Shown one piece after another: positions 54,183-64,000 of a stretch of 64,000 nt of DNA. Origin of the DNA: Paraspadella gotoi (taxonomy: Eukaryota > Animalia > Chaetognatha). The first letter of the stretch is position 1. Each line of letters opens with the position of its first letter. Made by a program: the position numbers and the translations under genes. Location of the stretch: the NCBI GenBank assembly GCA_051294375.1, contig CM119270.1, forward strand, positions 20,231,021 through 20,295,020. Direction: 5' to 3'. Below the pieces are notes generated by a model, which saw nothing but the letters and a program-made list of their open reading frames with translations, had not been told where the DNA came from and did no database searches.

Positions 54183-54399
54183 ATCCTTCACTCTTCGTCC
54201 GTGTCACATCCGTGGCAAAGAGATCGAGGCCCAGCGCCGCGCGGACCCGCCCATGATGACAACAACGACAAGCGGAAACTCGACGAAGAGTTGGGGTCGA
54301 TTCGACGCTCGAGACTTGGAATTGGATGAAGGATCTCTCTCGGCCAGACAGCCCGACTTGCTCACTTCCATCAATCGATCTTTCTACAGCGACGAGTAG
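54183..54399 (+). CDS. Last coding exon (SFTLRPCHIRGKEIEAQRRADPP...INRSFYSDE*)
   Basis: ttccag acceptor in phase 2 gives 72 further codons ending in TAG at 54397-54399. This frame is absent from the ORF track because it has no start codon. Confidence 0.82.
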
Positions 54400-54957
54400 A
54401 CGAATCTTTGTCGTTTCTGCATGGAGTTGTTGTTGTTGTTGTCTTTCAAACTGTCGCCGCCAGAGGCAGAGAGAATCGTTTTCAAGTTGTGGCAAAGAAA
54501 TTGTTCTCATTATAACGCAACCTGTCGGAGTTTGGCCCTTTGACAAATTGACAATACTCGTTCCGCTTTCATTGACTTGTATTCGATCTTGTTTACTTAT
54601 TTTTAAAACTAACTATTTTAATTTTATAAGGCTGATTAAGTTTATTAATACTTATACGCTTTTCATTTTTGGGCGATGCATGTATGTATATTAGCCATTA
54701 ATACATAATAACGAAGCAATGGCTGATTTTTTTTCATTTTATTAACATTAAACTTTATTATGCTGGCACATTTGTAAAATAGTTTTTTTTAATAAATTTT
54801 GTTCTATGGCTTAAAAAAAAACATTCATTACTATTTTTTCCGTCATTCTTACGAACTTGCACGAGGTAACATGAGACGTAAAGTACTACGTAGTTATTTA
54901 CGTAATTCACTTCATAAGTAAATAAGTAACAACAGGGAAACTGACAGATATGTAGGG

Positions 54958-55082
<125 letters not shown>

Positions 55083-55236
55083 AAAAAGTAAACTATGAGT
55101 AAACAATGAGAGGTAGACAAAAACGATGACAATTATTAGTATTTAGTAATACAACTAAAAAATAATTCAGATCTCGTTTAAAAGGGTTTTCAAATTAAAA
55201 GCATGACCACTTTTATAAGTTTTTTAAAAAAACCCC

Positions 55237-55962
55237 TTAACTACAAAGGTCGTACGCATAATACGGATCAAGGTGAGCGATTTTCGGGTTCTGAAATATT
55301 TCTTTGATATGTCTTTTCGGAGGAAACGTCATCTCTTTGACTTTTTGTATCGCGGAAAGTGGGATCTTCCATTTCGTCTTCTTCTCGTGCATTCCGGTCG
55401 CGTCCCACCAAATGGGTCGACAACCAAATTCGCTCAATCGATCCTCCATGTCTTTCTCCTGGAGGTTTTGGTGCATCGCCATGCCGAACGGGGGCATGTA
55501 AATGCTAAAATTGACGTAATCCCAGGATGTGATAATATCCGGGGGTCCGTAGATCGAGACGTCCAGTTTTTTTCGATCCACGATCAAACAATTCTTCGTC
55601 TCGTCCTTCTCGTCCAACTCGGCCGCCAGCTCCGCCGCGGCGAGATCCTTCAGCGCCTGCTCCCGCGCCAACAACGCGGCCGTCAAAGCCTCGATCTGGA
55701 AAAAGTCGGCCTCTCTGCGCAGCTGGCCCGCTTCGGAGAAATTCTCTGGGAGATTTAATTCTCCGTCGCGGAGAAAGTTGAGGACGAAACGGAAGAGAAT
55801 TCCGTCGCGGTCGATCACGTAGGCGCCGTTGGTGTCCATTGCAGACGGCAATGATCCACTGAACATCCGGTGCAGCATCGAGTCTGGGAATTTGGTTAAT
55901 GTGGAGACAGACGTCGTGTAGGAGACGCCGCCCACGTTCAGTTTGATAATTTTGTCTGACAT
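55237..55962 (-). CDS. KCTD-like BTB/POZ (T1-type) domain protein, paralog 1 (241 aa)
   Basis: IKLNVGGVSYTTSVSTLTKFPDSML..MFSG....DTNGAYVIDRDG.LFRFVLNFLRDGEL.LP....L.READFFQI is the KCTD tetramerisation-domain signature. A splice acceptor (ttttacag) lies immediately upstream of the ATG. Confidence 0.95.
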   Translation of the reverse strand: MSDKIIKLNVGGVSYTTSVSTLTKFPDSMLHRMFSGSLPSAMDTNGAYVIDRDGILFRFVLNFLRDGELNLPENFSEAGQLRREADFFQIEALTAALLAREQALKDLAAAELAAELDEKDETKNCLIVDRKKLDVSIYGPPDIITSWDYVNFSIYMPPFGMAMHQNLQEKDMEDRLSEFGCRPIWWDATGMHEKKTKWKIPLSAIQKVKEMTFPPKRHIKEIFQNPKIAHLDPYYAYDLCS

Positions 55963-56487
55963 TCTGTAAAAAAAACCTTATTTTTAAGAAGAGTGATAAC
56001 AAATAATAAATTTGTTTATTTTCTTAGAAGATTTTTAGCAAAAAGGCACGAGAGGTGATAAAAATTGGGTATTTTTTTTCCCCTGTTACTGATGGTGAAC
56101 ATTAAAACAGTTCAAAATATTTGGTAAATAAATCATTTGCTAAGCCAAAAAATATATACTTTTATATTAGAATATCATCGAGGACATGAACGAGCTCAAC
56201 AAACAGCGACGATCAGTCGAAGCTCACGCGCAACTTGCACGATCGAAACGTTGAAGAGCAAGGGGATGGCTGAGGAGAGTAGGAGGAGGAAGAGCATGCT
56301 CCAAGACGAGGAGAAAGGAGAAAGAGAGAAGAAGTGAAGGGAAAACTAGGGAAACGCGATCTGAGGAGCGTGTGGTCTTTTGAAAATATTGATACAAAAC
56401 CATTGCTTATTTCATTTGCTATAAGTCAAATAAACGCTTTTAACGTTTAAACTATTGCTTATTGGTTCTTCGTTTACGTGGTGGCTT

Positions 56488-56600
56488 GATCTCGGATTTC
56501 GACCCTCGCTTCCGCTCCCCAGGCCACGTTAATCTCGGATCTCGGATTGATCTCGGATTGATCTCGGATTTCGACCCTCGCTTCCGCTCCCCAGGCCACG
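56488..56600 (+). repeat. 42-bp direct repeat x2 with short atctcggat repeats between
   Basis: tgatctcggatttcgaccctcgcttccgctccccaggccacg at ~56488 and ~56559. Confidence 0.9.
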
Positions 56601-56864
56601 CAAGACGCAAGACGTCCCGCTCGTTTATGATATACAGGCAGAAAGTTTACTGTAGAAATGAACCTTGCTGGTAGTATACAATTAATTTTAAACCAAATGT
56701 TTGATTTTTCCGATTATTAGTGACAGCATAACTTTATCACATAATTTATTCTTCGTAGTATGTACTTATACAAGATCTATTATAATGTCTTTATTCTAAT
56801 GTAGAAATACTCGCATAAACTTAAAAAATAAGAAAACTTATATCGCAAAAACTGAATTGATTAT

Positions 56865-57557
56865 TCAGGGAAAAAAATCATTCTCCTGGTTCACAGGTTC
56901 TGGGTAATTATTCCCTTCCAAAAGTTCAAAGTCATCCACAGGAAATCTCATCCCTCGGACTTTTGACATCGCCGAAGGTGGAATCTTCCATTTTGTCTTC
57001 CACTCGTCAAATCCAATTGCCTCCCAAGAAGTGGCTTTACAACCTAAGGCCGCTAAGCGATGTTCCAAATCTCTTTTGTCGATGGTTCTGTGTTTGACAA
57101 AACCTCCATAAGGGAAGTAAACATGAAAATCTTCGTGGGAGTTGTCCCAAGTATTCAGAATTTCTTCCGGACCATGAATTACGGCTTCATTTCCTTTTCG
57201 ATGTATTATCAAGCAATTCTTCATTTCGTCTTCAGCATCGCTCGTCCGCGCAGCCTCCCACGCTTCCAACGCGGCCGTCAAAGCCTCGATCTGGAAAAAG
57301 TCGGCCTCTCTGCGCAGCTGTCCCGATTGGGAGAAATTCTCCGGGAGATTTAATTCTCCGTCGCGGAGAAAGTTGAGGATGTAGACGAAGAGGCGTCCAT
57401 CGCGGTCGATCACGTAGGCGCCGTTGGTGTCCATTGCAGATGGCAATGATCCACAGAACATTCCATGGAGCATAGAGTCTGGGAATTTGGTCAACGTGGA
57501 GAGAGAAGTGGTATAGTTCACTCCACCCACGTTAAGGTTTATAATCTGATCAGACAT
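56865..57557 (-). CDS. KCTD-like BTB/POZ domain protein, paralog 2 (230 aa)
   Basis: INLNVGGVNYTTSLSTLTKFPDSML...IDRDGRLFVYILNFLRDG...READFFQI; C-terminal domain alignable to paralog 1. Confidence 0.95.
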   Translation of the reverse strand: MSDQIINLNVGGVNYTTSLSTLTKFPDSMLHGMFCGSLPSAMDTNGAYVIDRDGRLFVYILNFLRDGELNLPENFSQSGQLRREADFFQIEALTAALEAWEAARTSDAEDEMKNCLIIHRKGNEAVIHGPEEILNTWDNSHEDFHVYFPYGGFVKHRTIDKRDLEHRLAALGCKATSWEAIGFDEWKTKWKIPPSAMSKVRGMRFPVDDFELLEGNNYPEPVNQENDFFP

Positions 57558-58041
57558 TTTTGTCCTTGTTTAAAAAATAACGAGAAAAGTTTTAGCTTGG
57601 TAAATAAGGCTGGTTGAAGGTAAAACTTGATTTAGCTCATAATCATTACACAAACGTATAAATAATGATGACAGAACTTTCAAAAGGGGAGACAAGATTG
57701 TGAGGTTTTTTCGGATAGAAAAAGATTGTTGTTGTTGCTTAAATTCTTTAGCATAACTGTTGGATTCATTATAAAATAATAAATAAATAAATATGGTCTG
57801 TAAAGTAAAAAATGTCATCTAATTTCAAAAATACGGAGTTTTTAATCAATAGATATATCATAAGAGTTTAACTAAGAAAATAATTAGGTCACTGGCAAAA
57901 ATTAAAACTCTAAAATTAAAACTAATCTAGTCAAAATTAGAACAGGTTTAAAAAAAAAATTAATTGATTCCAAGTACGCAAGATAGTCTATGTAGCCAAA
58001 AATATTGGAGTAAATTTTTATCAAATCCTTTGCCTTATTAT

Positions 58042-59229
58042 TTAAATTAACTTTATGTCTTCTACAACTTTCAGAGGAACGAACCATTTAGATTTCTCAG
58101 AAGTGATATCGTTCAGAACTTGAGAAACATCCGAGTCAATCTTTTTGCAATTGCGTCCGATTAAAAATTCTTCTAGTTTATTTTTTCTGACTCCATTCAT
58201 TCTTAAATAACCATATTCAGACAAATTTATGTTTCCGCTGACGTGATCAAATCGTTTTGCCCATTCCCTTAGGATTTCCGTTGGACCGTATATGTGAACC
58301 ACGGTGAGATTTCTGACAATGTGCAGCTCGTGTCCCTCTGCTTGGGATCAGAGTGGTTAAACATCTTTAACATGTCTAAATATTCAACAGATATTAGCTT
58401 CAAACTAGTTCAGTAATTAGAAAAGTTTATTTTTAAAAAAAGTCTATAGATGTATTTAAAAACCTTAAACAAAAATTATTTAAGAAATATGACGTTTTAT
58501 CATGATTTATAACTTTTATAAATTAAATGATACATAAAAATTATTCAAAATTTAAACAAATACATATATATTTAGCTTATTAAAATAGCAAAATTACTTG
58601 TTTTATTATTTTAAACTAAATTTTTAAAAATAATGTCAGTTATAGATTTTAAAATATTTAAAATAGATGATAAGTCTATTTAGTTGTTTTCTTAATTTAT
58701 TTGTACCAAAATTGGAAGAGAGATGTTGGTGTTTAACTTCGTTTAAGTATATTTAACTTTAAGGTTGTCAAAATACATTTAAAGAAAATGAGTTGCACCC
58801 ACTGATCATAATTTACTAAAATTCCAACCGACCTATTTAATCCGACATTTTTCTTTAACGACTCCGATCCCTACTCTCCGCTTCCACCGCTTCCCTACTC
58901 TCCGCTTCCATCTCTTCCCAATCCTTGAGAGATTCCACCAGGCTGCCGAGCTGATAGAACTCCGCCTCCTGCCGCAACTGCTGCACTTCGCTGAAGCCGC
59001 TGGGCAGCGACAGGACGCCGTCGCGAAGATAGTTCAGAACGAAGCGGAAGAGTTCCCCGTCTCTATCGATGACGTAGGCGCCGGCGTCGTCGACGATCGA
59101 CGCCGCCATTCCGGCGTCCTCGGCGGCGATCATTCGCGCCAACATGGAATCCGGGATTTTGGTCAGAGTCGATCGACGAGTCGCGTAGATTTTTCCACCG
59201 ACGTCGAGTTTGATCAACTTGTCTTCCAT
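58042..59229 (-). CDS. KCTD-like BTB/POZ domain protein, paralog 3; two coding exons (59229-58899 or -58875; 58340 or 58337-58042)
   Basis: Exon 1: IKLDVGGKIYATRRSTLTKIPDSML...IDRDGELFRFVLNYLRDG...EAEFYQL, with phase-1 donors GAGA|gtaggg. Exon 2 after phase-1 aag/cag acceptors reads GHELHIVRNLTVVHIYGPTEIL...KLEEFLIGRNCK...KSKWFVP, homologous to the paralogs' C-terminal domain. Confidence 0.88.
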
Positions 59230-59729
59230 TTTATTTTGGGGACTTCAGTTTAGATAATAGTTACAATTTTAATATATTCTCGAATGGCATAACTGAAAAA
59301 AAAAAATTAAATGAGTATCAAATGAAAAAGGTGACGAGACGTGAAAGACAAATGTTATATAACTAAAGAGGTTAACAAACTAATATCTTCGGAAGCAACA
59401 TCATGAATTCGCCGATGGCGCTGATTGCTGCAAAAATTGAGACGTTCATATTATTTATTTTTGATTTTCTTTTTTTTAAATTTCAGCAGCAACAGAGCAG
59501 CATAGAAATCGGCCACACTAGGTCTTTATTGCACATCGGATAAAACAAAACCAAAAAAAAAAAATCTTCAAATGCTGCGTTTGAGGTAGAAGGTTAACAA
59601 TCCATAAAACATTACGATAAAATGTAAAAACTGTGGTAAAAACACAACACAATTTTTGGGGTTTTTCAAAATATGACTCTCAAAGATTCAGTATAAAAAA
59701 GAAAAAAAAATACTCTAGTTTCTAAGATT

Positions 59730-59984
59730 TGTAGTCGGGCATTGCAGTACCTTCACCCCCGCCTATAAGCATGAAACCTTCAGTACAGACCAGGTGGCTC
59801 ATTAAGTGATACCATCAGCTCTTGACCATCGATTCCCAATGGTACCCACTCTGTGGGAAGCGTGACGACGGCGACAAACCGCCTTGGGTGCCGTGGAGAA
59901 CCTTCAAGCCCGGTTCCAAGCCCAGGACCCGTTCCATGGCTGCTCAATGGTTAAAGAAGTTGCGAATGGCAATGCCCGACTACA
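59730..59984. mobile_element. 255-bp element with perfect 16-bp terminal inverted repeats and TG...CA ends (solo-LTR-like or MITE)
   Basis: TGTAGTCGGGCATTGC (59730-45) / GCAATGCCCGACTACA (59969-84). Interior is GC-richer than the flanks. No target-site duplication seen. Confidence 0.7.
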
Positions 59985-60175
59985 CCTGATCCGATTGGAA
60001 CCTTACCTAAAATCTGCTCAGCTATTTGGAGTTGTTAGCTAATATTTGGATGATGGTGGAGAAAGTTATGGACTAAATCTTTATTGTATGTGTTAGTTAT
60101 CTTGATTACTAAGGAGTAAGGACGAGGGATAACGGCGTGGTCAAAGACAGGAAAAATGACTGACCAAAAAATCTT

Positions 60176-60312
60176 GGCCTATTTTCTAAAAGCGCTCCAT
60201 TTCAGGGGTTAGGATCAGGGATTGAGTTTGGTAAAAGATTAGAGCTAAACATTTAAATCAAAATTAAGTTCAATGTTTTTGAAAAGAAAAGGAGCCGCTT
60301 CCGGAAAATAGT
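60176..60312 (+). mobile_element. Short member of the GGTTAG-rich MITE family
   Basis: ggcctattttctaaaagcgctcc ... ggagccgcttccggaaaatagt imperfect TIRs. Confidence 0.5.
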
Positions 60313-60404
60313 ATTAAAATAATTTCATTCACCTTTCGTATACGTATTCTACTTCGAAAATTTGTAAAAAAAAAGGGGCTATAAGCGACCTCGTGTTGAT
60401 TATA

Positions 60405-60429
60405 AGAAAAAGAGAAAGAAAGAAAGAAA

Positions 60430-60469
<40 letters not shown>

Positions 60470-60505
60470 AGAAAGAAAGAAAGAAAAAGAAAGAAAGAAA
60501 GAAAA
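60405..60505 (+). repeat. (AAAG)n microsatellite
   Basis: Seen directly. Confidence 0.95.
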
Positions 60506-60654
60506 ATATTGAAGGAGAGAATAAAAAAAAGAAAAGAAGAAAAAAAAAAAGAAAGACAGAAAAAAAACTTAATAAGCTCTGAAAGAAAAAAATTTAAAAA
60601 AAAAAGGGAAAAGCATCAATCAGTTAACAGTATAATAAATTAAGTTTTATAAAC

Positions 60655-61631
60655 TTATCTAGAATCTTGACGCCTGATTTTGATCACGAACCAATTAAAC
60701 TTGACGTGAGTCAGCGACGAGGGCGAAATGAACCAGGTCGTCTTTTCCCTAACTAATCCGCACAAAATCATATTCACGTCCCAAGTGATAATCTTGCAGC
60801 CGCAAAATTCAAGTCTGTCCTCGAATTCGTACTTGGGGAGATTCCTGTGCTGCAACCACCCGGTCGCCAGATCGAAGACGTTCCAGTGAAGTCCGGGCTT
60901 TTGAAAATGGGTCAGGATATCGGAAGGACCGAAGACGTCGACTCGACGACCCCGTCGATGGATCTTCAACTGTCGTCCGTGGCCAGTCGTGATCCCGGTC
61001 GACAGAGTCGGTTCGATCCGTCGAAGCTCCAGCTCCATCTCTTCGATCCCAAAGAACTGGGCCTCTCGGGTGAGCTGGACGACGAGATCGAAGTCGTTGG
61101 GGATGTGGAGTTCGCCGTCGCGGAGAAAGTTGAGGACGAAGGCGAAGAGGCGCCCGTCGCGGTCGATCAGGAAGGCGCCCGTTTCGTCGACGAGAGAGTC
61201 GAGGTCGCCTTCCAACATCCGGGCCAGCATCGATTCGGAGAACTTGGTCAGAGTCGAGCGGGACGTCGTGTAGCGAGTTCCGCCCACGTCGAGCTTGATA
61301 ACGCCGTCGGGCAATCTGGGTAAATTTAGTTTGAAAAAAACTCTTCCTAATGAAAATGATTATAATAAAATTGATTGATATGATAATAAGAAGAGTACTG
61401 ATATAATATAAAAAATAATAAATATATTTATAATATATATATATAATAAATAAAATATATAAATCTTGTCTGAATGGATAATTTTTATATTGGTTGTACC
61501 AATTTCATAATATAATAAAATTGTTTAATATATTAGTAATTCTACGAGCCTTCGAGTAACAATAATAATAGCCTTGAATGAATAATAATAACAATAATAA
61601 TAAACTATTAATAAAAATAATAAAAATGAGG

Positions 61632-61700
<69 letters not shown>

Positions 61701-61879
61701 GTGATGTTGATGATGAGGATGATCTCAACGTCCGAAATTAGGTAAAAAATATATGTGCGTATTTTCTATACTATTATTATTAATGATTTAACAATAATAG
61801 CACTAAACGTGAAACATTATTACAAAGATCTCATTCACCTCTGAGTTTGGCTGGATTTTTCGTTGGCAGACGGTTCCAT
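60655..61879 (-). CDS. KCTD-like BTB/POZ domain protein, paralog 4; exons 61879-61839 (MEPSANEKSSQTQR) and 61315-60655
   Basis: The track's start at 61314 is TTG, directly after acceptor tttacccag (phase 2). An upstream ATG exon ends AG|gtgaat in phase 2 and joins in frame to LPDGVIKLDVGGTRYTTSRSTLTKF.ESML...IDRDGRLFAFVLNFLRDG. Confidence 0.9.
61627..61725 (+). repeat. (GAT)n microsatellite inside the intron of KCTD paralog 4
   Basis: Seen directly. Confidence 0.95.
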
Positions 61880-63049
61880 TGTGAAAATTAATTAGTGGGT
61901 TTTTTTTTCAAGTTGCAACGAGATTAATTAAATGTGAGTGGAAAAAATTTAATCTTTCCAACAAGAAATTCAGTCACAGGTCGAGTCAGAAAGGTTCATC
62001 ACGGCGAAGTGAATCAGCATCGATACCGGTGAACAAAGAACAACTGTTCCATTTACTGTGAATTCGATTCCATCTAATTTTGGGTCGATTTCTCTCACTA
62101 CGCGGCGCTGTGAAATTATTTTCCGTGAAAGAAATGAAAAAACAAAAGATATTTTTTTAGACTTATTATCTTATTATTATCTTATTATCTTATTATCCCT
62201 TAAAATGTCATGCGTTATAACAAAGAAATTACATATAATAACATCATATATATATCAATATTTTTTATTTGATATCGCGATTTATAGTATGTTTTATCGT
62301 GTGTTTTATTGATTCGAACGTTATAAATTGTAAAATGGACTTCCAACAAGACAGATATCGTTGTTTTATCATGTACGGTAAACAATTCATTCATAACCAG
62401 TCTAAAAACAAAAACAAAACTGGCACCTTACCCCTTGCATTCGATCTTTTAGCTATTTAATTTTCAAAAAATATCTTTATTTCATCTAATTATGGAGAAA
62501 AAGAAAGTCGAAATAATTTCAATCTCCGGATGTGTAGACGTTGCCTATATTTCCAAAAGACAACACAAATATCCTTTATTATTGATTATTTATTTATTTA
62601 TATTTAGATTATTTTATATAAAATATAAGTCATTTTTTTTTCAAATTCAATTTAATTTATTTATTAAATGAATGGATAATTTTTATATTGGTTGTACCAA
62701 TTTCATATTAACGATGGAAATGGTTAAAAACTACAAAATGTTGCCAGTTTCATACTAAAGTTAGGTTATTGACTATTTATTATTATTAAGGTAATCTCAA
62801 CTGTTTTTAAATCAACCATATAACTTAATCAACCAATAAACTTAACTTACCATTCAAAAGTAAACAAACCTACCACTTCAAGCGTCCACTTATTCTTAAC
62901 TCATTCTCATTGTCATTGTCATTGTCATTCTCATTATCAATTTCATTGTCATTGTCATTATAATTGTCATTCTTAAACTATAATCGTTCTATTTCACCCC
63001 CTCGGCTTTCGTCACTCAACCGTATCTCTGTCTCTCTCTCCTCCTCTCT

Positions 63050-63119
<70 letters not shown>

Positions 63120-63463
63120 TCTCTCTCTCTCTCTAAACAAAACAACATCTCTCCCCCCACTTTGCGTCCGATCAATTGGCACCCCTCCGTCCGTCCGCGC
63201 CTGCACCTCTGCCTGCTCCTCATAACCCCTTCCCCCCTCTCTCCCTTAAAATCTACGCACCTTTTCTTCTTCCCTGAATAGCGTCTCTCCTCCTCTTTCT
63301 CTCCTCTCTCTCTCTCTCTCTCTCCCTCTCCTCTCTCTCTCTCTCTCTTTCTCTCTCTGTGTGTGTCTCTCTCTCTCTCTCTTTCAAGCGTTTGAAATTG
63401 ATGAAAAGAATTTTGTCGTTAAGGGAACAAAAGACTCGTGCGGTAAACAAGTTTATCAGAGCG

Positions 63464-63531
<68 letters not shown>

Positions 63532-64000
63532 AGAGAGAGAAGAGAGAGAGAGAATGGAAGGGTTTGAGAAGCAGAAGCGGCTTAAGGGTCCAACCTTTCA
63601 TCAAAAGAAAGAAAAAAAAAGCGTCAGATGTTATTTTAATTATCACCAGCGTTTTTTTTCTTTTTAGGTGAGTATTTGTTCTAAAAGTTGAATTAGTTTC
63701 TGGTCTTTCATTCATTGACGCTGCAATAATGAAGCCTTTGTTTCATTTTTTATCCTAAATTTATTTTTTATTTTTACATTGAGTGTTTTTTGGTCTTCAA
63801 TGATAAAAGCTAAGACATTCGACAAAGATTACAGACAAAAAAATTGTTTTCAAATTTAATCCAAACCAAAAATGTCAAAACAACGAAAATTTCAAAACAA
63901 AACAAATTTAATCCAAACCAAAAATATCAGAGACATATACATGAACTTTTATTTTTATTTCCTTTAAGAATCAATTTGTAGATAAGACGCTAAAGTGGGT

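Noticed and set aside
56228-56297. Signal-peptide-like minus-strand ORF (MLFLLLLSSAIPLLF...) upstream of KCTD paralog 1
   Set aside because: Its gtgagc donor is phase 1, whereas joining the KCTD ATG frame needs phase 2; the hydrophobicity derives from a CT-rich tract.
55237-61879. Voltage-gated potassium channel genes
   Set aside because: T1-like BTB domain only; no transmembrane segments or GYG pore motif, so KCTD-type soluble proteins.

Overview
AT-rich eukaryotic DNA, almost certainly an invertebrate animal, with GT-AG introns and very abundant (GA)n/(GAT)n/(GTC)n microsatellites. It comes from a draft assembly patched with noisy long reads: ten N-gaps (five exactly 25 N), and most of 1-44 kb is redundant, indel-ridden copies of the same loci, including a fold-back copy of one exon. 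Biological content: (1) a + strand gene whose main part is 43889-54399. It has a ~8.0 kb giant exon plus four small downstream exons that splice in frame, and it encodes a ~2,850-aa Ser/Thr/Pro-rich repeat protein with no recognisable folded domain. Candidate alternative first exons lie upstream. (2) A 5'-truncated Penelope-like retroelement (39076-41317) with a GIY-YIG endonuclease, an inverted 5' segment and a minimal hammerhead ribozyme. Its empty insertion site is visible in two other copies of the same intron. (3) Four tandem - strand KCTD-like BTB/POZ genes (55237-61879) sharing a divergent KCTD1/15-type C-terminal domain. (4) Several small repeat families. I see no prokaryotic systems, CRISPR arrays, rRNA or tRNA, and no clear evidence of a wholly new system. 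The best leads are the giant-exon orphan protein, the KCTD cluster and the polymorphic ribozyme-bearing Penelope element. All identifications are by eye, without database searches.
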